The translations under genes and the position numbers were made by a program. DNA of 63,960 nt, the filler included, from an uncultured bacterium (GTDB taxonomy: Bacteria; Latescibacterota; UBA2968): NCBI GenBank assembly GCA_964471275.1. It is 3 parts of 3 records of this genome, joined end to end, with 100 filler letters (N's around TTAATTAATTAA, not from the genome) between each part and the next. Parts side by side here need not be neighbours in the genome. Positions count along the whole stretch, not along the records: positions 52,037 to 63,960 come from CAYYGZ010000153.1; 2 more parts are not named here. The stretch is one strand, 5' to 3'. This document shows positions 57,619 through 63,960 of the stretch, one piece after another. Every line of letters begins with the position of its first letter. The stretch's first letter is position 1. Below the pieces are notes generated by a model. The model was not told where the DNA came from, ran no database searches, and worked only from the letters and a program-made list of their open reading frames with translations.

Positions 57619-59544
57619 ATGAAAAGCCGCACCGTAATCCTCTCCCTTCTGATGGCCATTGCCGTGAACATCCTCCCGGCCTGGTCGAGTCTCATTCTGC
57701 ACTCATCACGGATGGACTACGCACACGTTTCAATCGCATTTCTTGTCCCGTTTTTTGCCTTGCTCTTCGTCAACCAGCTTCTGCACAAGCGGAACTCCGG
57801 GCTCCCCTCTTCTGAATTGATCATCATCTGCTGCGTCGGACTTGTTTCCGCCACGATGCAGGGCGAGTGGCTCTCCGGCTACCTGCTCGGCACGATCAGC
57901 TCGCCCTACTACTTCACCACGCCCGAGAACCGCTGGGCGGAGCTCCTCCATCCCCACCTGCCTGCCTGGGCCGTCCTGACAGATCAGGCAGCCATACGCA
58001 CCTTCCACGAAAGCATCCCACCGATCAAAGCGATTCCGTGGGGTGCCTGGTCACAGCCCGTTCTCTGGTGGTCGACGTTCATAATCGCGATGCTGGTTGC
58101 GGGTCTGTCGATGACCACGATCTTCAGACGGCAGTGGACAGAGAACGAAAAACTCGCGTTCCCGGTCGCAGCCGGCCTGCTCGAACTGACGGGCGCAAAG
58201 GATAGCGAGTCGAGCCTGGGCATCCTATTCCGCTCTCCCCTTTTCTGGGTAGGCTTCGGATTCACCTTCGGTCTCATTGCCTGGAACATCGTCGGTTGGT
58301 CCATCACCGGCTGGCCGGAGATCCCACTACTTCGGAACCGAAATCTTCGAATAGGTCGTGGATTCCCATCGATGATGTTTGTCGTACATCCGATGACGAT
58401 CGCCTTTGGATACTTCACCAAATCCGAAGTCCTGTTCAGCATCTGGTTCTTCCACCTTGTGGCTATCCTACAGGCTGGGATCTTCAATCGTCTCGGATAC
58501 GAAATCGGTTCAGCGGATCCGTGGGGAAGCTTCCACACCGCCATCGGCTGGCAGAGCTTTGGTGGTATGATTGTCTTCGTCGGATGGGGAGTCTGGATTG
58601 CTCGGCACCACCTTCGCAGCGTCTATCGACAGGCCGTCTACAGGGAGAACACGGTCGACGACAGCAACGAACTGATGTCTTACCGGACAGCCTTCTGGCT
58701 TTTTGTGGGGTGCTCGATCTATGCCTTCCTGTTTCTCCATCAGGCGGGCCTCGACTGGGGCCCATCACTCGCGTTCTGGTTTGGGACTGCTGTTCTCTAC
58801 CTTGGGTTGGCGCGTATTATCGTGGAAAGCGGACTCGTCTTCATTCGAGGACCGATCACCGCGCAGGCATTCACCTGGCATCTGCTCGGTCCGGCCGTCA
58901 TCAGTCCGGAAGGCGCGATCGCCATCGGTCTGACCCAGACGTTTTTCTGCGACGCAAAAACCTTAGGAATCACGGCGCTTGCGCACGTTCCACGACTGGG
59001 CGAAGCACTGAGTCGGCGTGTCCGGAGACAGCTCGGACCGCTTGTGATCACCAGCTGCGTCATCGGTGCGGGTGCGATCATCCTGTTCACATTGTTCAAG
59101 TCGTATCGGGGTGTCGGCGCCTACAACTTCGGGGTCGTCAGTTACCGGGGGGCGGGGGGAAGTGCTGCGGAATCCTGGCAGATCATCGCCAAGCGCCTGC
59201 AGCAGACCTTCGCGACCGACTGGAAGCGCGTCGGCTTTCTCGGAATCGGCGGTGCGATCACGGCTGGAATGGTCGGACTTCGGTATTGGATACCGAGCTT
59301 CTCGATTCATCCGATCGGCTTCGCCATCGGCGCTTCACTGATCATGCGAAGCAGCGCCTCATCGATCTTCATCGTCTGGATGGTCAAGTCTATCATCCTG
59401 AAGCTTGGCAGCCTGGCCAGATACCGCCAGTACTCGCCGCTCTTCCTGGGCATGATGGTCGGCCACACCTTCGGCATCGGACTGGGCGTTCTGGTGGACG
59501 CTATCTTCTTCCCGGGCGAGGGCCATAAACTTAACCGATGGTAG
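57619..59544 (+). CDS. Polytopic membrane protein, DUF6785/DUF6784-like putative transporter
   Basis: PYYFTTPENRW, IPWGAW, RRQWTENEKLAFP, SIWFF, RIIVESG, IHPIG, PLFLG. Confidence 0.6.
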   Translation: MKSRTVILSLLMAIAVNILPAWSSLILHSSRMDYAHVSIAFLVPFFALLFVNQLLHKRNSGLPSSELIIICCVGLVSATMQGEWLSGYLLGTISSPYYFTTPENRWAELLHPHLPAWAVLTDQAAIRTFHESIPPIKAIPWGAWSQPVLWWSTFIIAMLVAGLSMTTIFRRQWTENEKLAFPVAAGLLELTGAKDSESSLGILFRSPLFWVGFGFTFGLIAWNIVGWSITGWPEIPLLRNRNLRIGRGFPSMMFVVHPMTIAFGYFTKSEVLFSIWFFHLVAILQAGIFNRLGYEIGSADPWGSFHTAIGWQSFGGMIVFVGWGVWIARHHLRSVYRQAVYRENTVDDSNELMSYRTAFWLFVGCSIYAFLFLHQAGLDWGPSLAFWFGTAVLYLGLARIIVESGLVFIRGPITAQAFTWHLLGPAVISPEGAIAIGLTQTFFCDAKTLGITALAHVPRLGEALSRRVRRQLGPLVITSCVIGAGAIILFTLFKSYRGVGAYNFGVVSYRGAGGSAAESWQIIAKRLQQTFATDWKRVGFLGIGGAITAGMVGLRYWIPSFSIHPIGFAIGASLIMRSSASSIFIVWMVKSIILKLGSLARYRQYSPLFLGMMVGHTFGIGLGVLVDAIFFPGEGHKLNRW

Positions 59545-59653
59545 GCACCCAGAAACCCACCCTCCGACAAAGAGCAGGGGGCAGAGCGCAGGGCAATTGC
59601 GTTACGTCATCAGGGCTTTGCTTCTCAATCTTCTATCCTGGAGCCTCGATCCC

Positions 59654-60982
59654 ATGAACATCCTCTTCCTCCTCACCGACAACCAGCGCGCCGACCTCCT
59701 CGGCTGTGCGGGAAACCCTATCATCCAAACGCCACACATCGATGCCCTCGCTGCACAGGGCACTCGTTTCGCCAACGCCTTCGCCACCAGCCCAATCTGT
59801 GCCGCCAGTCGCGCCAGCTACCTGACCGGATGCTACGAACGCCGTCACCGATTCACCTTCCTTACGCCCCCGCTGCGGAGGCCCTTTACTGAAAACAGCT
59901 ATCCTGCCCTCCTGAAGTCCGCGGGTTATCACACGGGCTTCATCGGGAAGTTCGGTGTCGCCAGAAAGGGCATCGAACCATCGCTGAAAAATCCCGATGC
60001 TCTCACAGAAATGTTCAACCACTTCGACAACTACGAACACTGGACGGAGGACGACTACGAGATCCCGCAGTCCGATGGCACGGTTCGGCACCTGTCTGAC
60101 ATCACAGGCGACAAGGCCATCGACTTCCTGCAACGACACGCTGGCTCGGCGTTCGACCGGCCATTCTGTCTATCCGTCAGCTTCAATGCGCCTCACGCTC
60201 AGGACGATGACCCGCGTCATTACATATGGCCAGATTCGGAGAGTGGCTTGTACACAGGCGACCGCATTCCCGAACCCATAAATCGCGGCCCTGGTTTCTT
60301 CGCGTCTCTACCCGAGTTCGTGCGCGAATCCGAAAACCGGAAACGATGGCATACGCGCTTTGACACACCCGAGAACTATCAGCGCTGTATGAAGGGGTTG
60401 TATCGGATGGTGACGGGGATCGATCGGAATGTGGGACGGATTCGTGACGCGCTTAGACAGCTTTCACTCCAGGAGGAGACAATCATCATCTTCGCTTCCG
60501 ATCACGGGATGTACTACGGAGAGCGGGGCCTGAGTGATTGCTGGCAGCTAAACGAGGAGTCCATTCGTATTCCATTAATCGTCCACGATCCGAGGTACGC
60601 TCAGCTGGCCCAGGTCCGGCAGGAAATGGCGCTAAACATCGACGTCGCCCCAACCATTCTCGATCTCTGCGGGCTGCCGGTCCAGCCGACCATTCAAGGC
60701 CGGAGTCTTCTTCCCCTAGTCAAGGATGCAGAAGTCTCCTGGCGTTCGAATTTCTTGTGCGAGCATCTCTTCGACCGTTCCGACATCCCGAAGAGCGAAG
60801 GTGTCCGAACGCAGACGTGGAAGTATATTCGGTACTTCGAGCAAGACCCTGTTTACGAGGAACTCTACGATCTGACAAGCGATCCGCACGAATCGTATAA
60901 TCTTGCATCGCACACCGACCATGCCGAGCATCTGGACGCAATGCGCGTGGAATGCACCGACCTCTGCAGCCGTTTGACATAA
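59654..60982 (+). CDS. Sulfatase
   Basis: MNILFLLTDNQR, CAASR, SDHG, EELYDLTSDP. Confidence 0.92.
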   Translation: MNILFLLTDNQRADLLGCAGNPIIQTPHIDALAAQGTRFANAFATSPICAASRASYLTGCYERRHRFTFLTPPLRRPFTENSYPALLKSAGYHTGFIGKFGVARKGIEPSLKNPDALTEMFNHFDNYEHWTEDDYEIPQSDGTVRHLSDITGDKAIDFLQRHAGSAFDRPFCLSVSFNAPHAQDDDPRHYIWPDSESGLYTGDRIPEPINRGPGFFASLPEFVRESENRKRWHTRFDTPENYQRCMKGLYRMVTGIDRNVGRIRDALRQLSLQEETIIIFASDHGMYYGERGLSDCWQLNEESIRIPLIVHDPRYAQLAQVRQEMALNIDVAPTILDLCGLPVQPTIQGRSLLPLVKDAEVSWRSNFLCEHLFDRSDIPKSEGVRTQTWKYIRYFEQDPVYEELYDLTSDPHESYNLASHTDHAEHLDAMRVECTDLCSRLT

Positions 60983-61039
60983 GTGTGTCGGCCTAACCGC
61001 CTTTCAATCATCAATCTTCTATCTTAGATCCTCAATCCC

Positions 61040-62380
61040 ATGAACATCCTCTTCCTTTTCACCGACCAGCAATCCAACTTCGCCCTGAGCTGCGCGGGAA
61101 ACCCCTACCTCTCCACGCCGCATATGGACAGCCTTGCCAATTCTGGTGCCCGATTCGAGCAAGGCTATTGCGCCGCACCTGTCTGTGGACCGTCGCGTGC
61201 TTGTGTCGCCACGGGTAGAATGCCGCACGAAAACGGCGTGCTTGTGAACGGGATGTCCATCCCGCCAGAAATGCCCACGATGGGCGAAATCTTTCGCGAC
61301 GGTGGCTACCGGACAGCGTGGGCGGGACGGTGGTGTGTTCCGGACAACGGACTCGACATCCGTGGATTCGACAGCCTCCACGACACGAGCCAGCCGCTTG
61401 GGCAGGGCATGTTTGCCGACAGCCACGTCGCAGACTGCGCGATCGACTTCCTGCGCCAGAGCGACGAGCAGCCTTTCCTCCTTGGTGTGTCCCTCTGCAA
61501 TCCCCACGACATCTGCTATTGGATCATGCAGCAGTCCACCCCGCAGGGTGATCTGGACTCGCATACCGTTGAATTGAAGAAGAAGGCCGATGAACTGAGA
61601 TTCAATTTCACCACCGAAGGCGAACTTCCACCTCTGCCCGAAAACTTTGAAATCGATCCGGAAGAACCGGAGTTCCTGGGCAAATGCCGACGGCGTTCGC
61701 ATTATGGTCAGGAGGGAACCTTCACCTGGAACTGGACCGAGGAGACGTGGCAGCGGTATCTCCACGCCTACTATCGATTGACGGAGATGGTCGATATCCA
61801 GATTGGCCGCGTAATGTCTGCCTTACACGAGGCGGGATTGGCGGAGGACACGCTCGTCGTCATGACGAGCGATCACGGGGAAGGAATGGCGGCCCATCAC
61901 TGGGTCGTAAAACTGGGGCTATATGAGGAGCCGGGGCGCGTGCCCCTCCTCCTCTCTTGCCCGGGAGCAATCCCAGATGGCACGGTCAATGCGGGTCATC
62001 TCGCGTCCGGGATCGACATCCTGCCGACCATGTGCGACTACACGAATGTCACGTGTCCCGAGGTGACAGGGATCAGTCTGCGTCCAGCTGTCGAGCGTCC
62101 TGATGATCCCGGTCGTCCGTTCCTAGTCTCCGAACTGCATCCTGATCCAACCGATCTGGATCTTCAAGCTCGAATGGTACGCTCTCCGCGCCACAAATAC
62201 ATCGCCTTCTCCGAAGGCGCGAACCCCGAGCAACTCTTCGATCTCGAATCTGATCCTGGCGAAACCATGAAACTCGCTCAGAGCTCTTCTGCAGGGGGCG
62301 TCCTGGCAAGCCATCGCAGCATGTTGAGTTCCTGGCTCACCCAGACCTCCGACCCATTCTCTCTTCCAATCGGTACCTGA
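61040..62380 (+). CDS. Sulfatase (choline-sulfatase-like)
   Basis: MNILFLFTDQQ, CGPSR, NPHD, SDHGE, EQLFDLESDPGE. Confidence 0.92.
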   Translation: MNILFLFTDQQSNFALSCAGNPYLSTPHMDSLANSGARFEQGYCAAPVCGPSRACVATGRMPHENGVLVNGMSIPPEMPTMGEIFRDGGYRTAWAGRWCVPDNGLDIRGFDSLHDTSQPLGQGMFADSHVADCAIDFLRQSDEQPFLLGVSLCNPHDICYWIMQQSTPQGDLDSHTVELKKKADELRFNFTTEGELPPLPENFEIDPEEPEFLGKCRRRSHYGQEGTFTWNWTEETWQRYLHAYYRLTEMVDIQIGRVMSALHEAGLAEDTLVVMTSDHGEGMAAHHWVVKLGLYEEPGRVPLLLSCPGAIPDGTVNAGHLASGIDILPTMCDYTNVTCPEVTGISLRPAVERPDDPGRPFLVSELHPDPTDLDLQARMVRSPRHKYIAFSEGANPEQLFDLESDPGETMKLAQSSSAGGVLASHRSMLSSWLTQTSDPFSLPIGT

Positions 62381-62533
62381 CTTCCCGAGCACTACAAGCC
62401 AGGCACTAAGGACTGTTTCTGCTTCCGATTTGACGTACTATACATCTGCCAAGTCACTGTGAATATCCAAATGCGATTTCCTAACGGATAACAACGACCC
62501 CCAAGACATCACACGAATCAACAGGAGCACGCC

Positions 62534-63286
62534 TTGACCCCAAAACAGCACAACGGTGACTTCCTCAAGTCCCTCAGTAACCCTCATCGCGAGGAACGCG
62601 CGAGATCGATCCTTGACCTCATTGAACTGGGTACTTTTGACCTCGATCTCGCTACCTGGCTGGCCTCGCGCGCCTCGCTTGGTGATTCGTGGATCAGCGG
62701 ATCCGGTCCGGGAGGCATCGGCAAGACCACTACGATGCGTACACTGATGAGTTTTGTACCACCGGACAGAAAATTCGTTCGAGCACTTCCGGACGAGATC
62801 ACAGCCATCCCTGATGATCCACATTGTGTGATGTCGGATGAGCTCAGCGACCATCCGCCCAAGACATACTTGTGGGACCAGGACCTGCGCGATTTTTGCA
62901 AACTCAAAGAGAAGGGCCATTCACTCGTCGGCAACGTGCACGCGGATGGCCTGGCAGAAATACACGGGCAGTTCGTCGACATCTGCAGTGTGCCCGAGTC
63001 GCAGTTCCGTACGCTCAACGTGCTGATTTTCATTTGTCTTGAGGGGGGCAATCCGGAGGGTCAAAGGCGGATCAAGGACGATGTCACGCGACGTGTTGTG
63101 AACAAGATCTACTACTCGGATGGCACGTCGGATCACGTATCTGTCTTCGCCCCAGAGCAGGGACTACTCGACAGCGCCCCCCGAGACGTGGAACGCGAGA
63201 CCGAAATCAAGGGATTCCTCCAGGACGTGCTCGAATCCGATGAGCGATCACTGGAAGGCGTACGTAAGCAGTTTCTCGACCGATAG
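62534..63286 (+). CDS. Stand-alone P-loop ATPase resembling the VirB11/CpaF secretion-ATPase core
   Basis: SILDLIELGT, GPGGIGKTT, DELS, LVGNVHAD, RRV. Confidence 0.65.
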   Translation: MTPKQHNGDFLKSLSNPHREERARSILDLIELGTFDLDLATWLASRASLGDSWISGSGPGGIGKTTTMRTLMSFVPPDRKFVRALPDEITAIPDDPHCVMSDELSDHPPKTYLWDQDLRDFCKLKEKGHSLVGNVHADGLAEIHGQFVDICSVPESQFRTLNVLIFICLEGGNPEGQRRIKDDVTRRVVNKIYYSDGTSDHVSVFAPEQGLLDSAPRDVERETEIKGFLQDVLESDERSLEGVRKQFLDR

Positions 63287-63295
63287 GAGCTCAGG

Positions 63296-63960
63296 ATGGA
63301 GTGTGTGAGAATCGGAGTGATCGGTGTCGGCAACCGGGGAAGATACCACATCCGAATCCTGAACGAATTCGAGGATGTCGTGCTTGCAACAGTCTGCGAT
63401 CCGATTGCCGATGGACGTAATGCGACGGCGGACGAATACGGGATACCGGAGCGCCATTCCGATCTCGAGATGATGCTCGATTCCACGCATCTCGATGCCG
63501 TAATCGTAACGTCACCAGCTCACCTGAACGCAAAACTTGCCATGCCTTGCATCGAGCGTGGCCTTCACGTCCTGATGGAAAAACCCCCGGGACTGACCGT
63601 CGAGAAAACACGTGAACTCGAACGGGCTGCCAACCAATCGGGTTCCAAGGTGATTGTGGGCTGGAACAGACGATTTCATCCGGTGATCACACAGACCCGC
63701 GCATTGATCCTCGATCACGGTCCCGTGACACAGCTGGTTGGTGAGTTTCACAAGAACATCAGCCAGCAGGTCGACTCCGGATCACACACCGAGTCGATAC
63801 TGGACCAGCTCCTGCTTGAAACACCAATCCACGCGATCGACACTCTCCGTTTCCTGGCCGACGCCGATGTCAAAGATGTGCACAGCATTGTACGCCGATC
63901 AATTTCAGCTTACCGCGACGTCCACGCTGCCTTGATCGAATTCAAGAACGGTGTCATTGC
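63296..63960 (+). CDS. Gfo/Idh/MocA-family oxidoreductase (3' partial)
   Basis: RIGVIGVGNRG, HVLMEKPP, VGWNRRF, IHAID; runs off the window end. Confidence 0.9.
   Translation, partial: MECVRIGVIGVGNRGRYHIRILNEFEDVVLATVCDPIADGRNATADEYGIPERHSDLEMMLDSTHLDAVIVTSPAHLNAKLAMPCIERGLHVLMEKPPGLTVEKTRELERAANQSGSKVIVGWNRRFHPVITQTRALILDHGPVTQLVGEFHKNISQQVDSGSHTESILDQLLLETPIHAIDTLRFLADADVKDVHSIVRRSISAYRDVHAALIEFKNGVI

Overview
The window is three unlinked scaffolds joined by N-TTAATTAATTAA-N linkers (1-25951, 26052-51936, 52037-63960), with two further short N gaps. It comes from a GC-rich bacterial genome, probably a metagenome bin. The gene content (several sulfatases, PL2/PL22-like lyases, UxuA, RhmD, phytanoyl-CoA dioxygenase, a DUF6785-like membrane protein) suggests a Latescibacterota-like polysaccharide degrader, but that is inference. 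Scaffolds 1 and 3 hold hydrolases, sugar-acid catabolism genes, an ABC exporter pair and many decayed genes. Scaffold 2 has the main finding, an apparently intact ~19 kb co-directional redox cluster: yceI-like, split pntAB transhydrogenase, a GltD/DsrL-like FeS flavoprotein, Rieske protein, fused cytochrome b6+subunit IV, a 10-heme tandem cytochrome c, a divergent Tat-exported Nap/Nas-family molybdoenzyme, two NapG-like proteins, a NapH fusion, a YHS-polyferredoxin membrane protein and an Rrf2 regulator. No napB, napC or napD is seen. This looks like a Rieske/cyt b (Q-cycle)-coupled, pyridine-nucleotide-linked periplasmic oxyanion reduction module. Upstream is a decaying PHA locus with a ~5 kb inversion that splits an SDR gene. 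Other observations: a 59-aa CxxC/CxxC microprotein missed by the ORF track, a conserved hairpin leader before two FKBP paralogs, a duplicated 225-bp element, an orphan VapC and widespread nonsense/deletion pseudogenisation. No rRNA, tRNA or CRISPR array was recognised.
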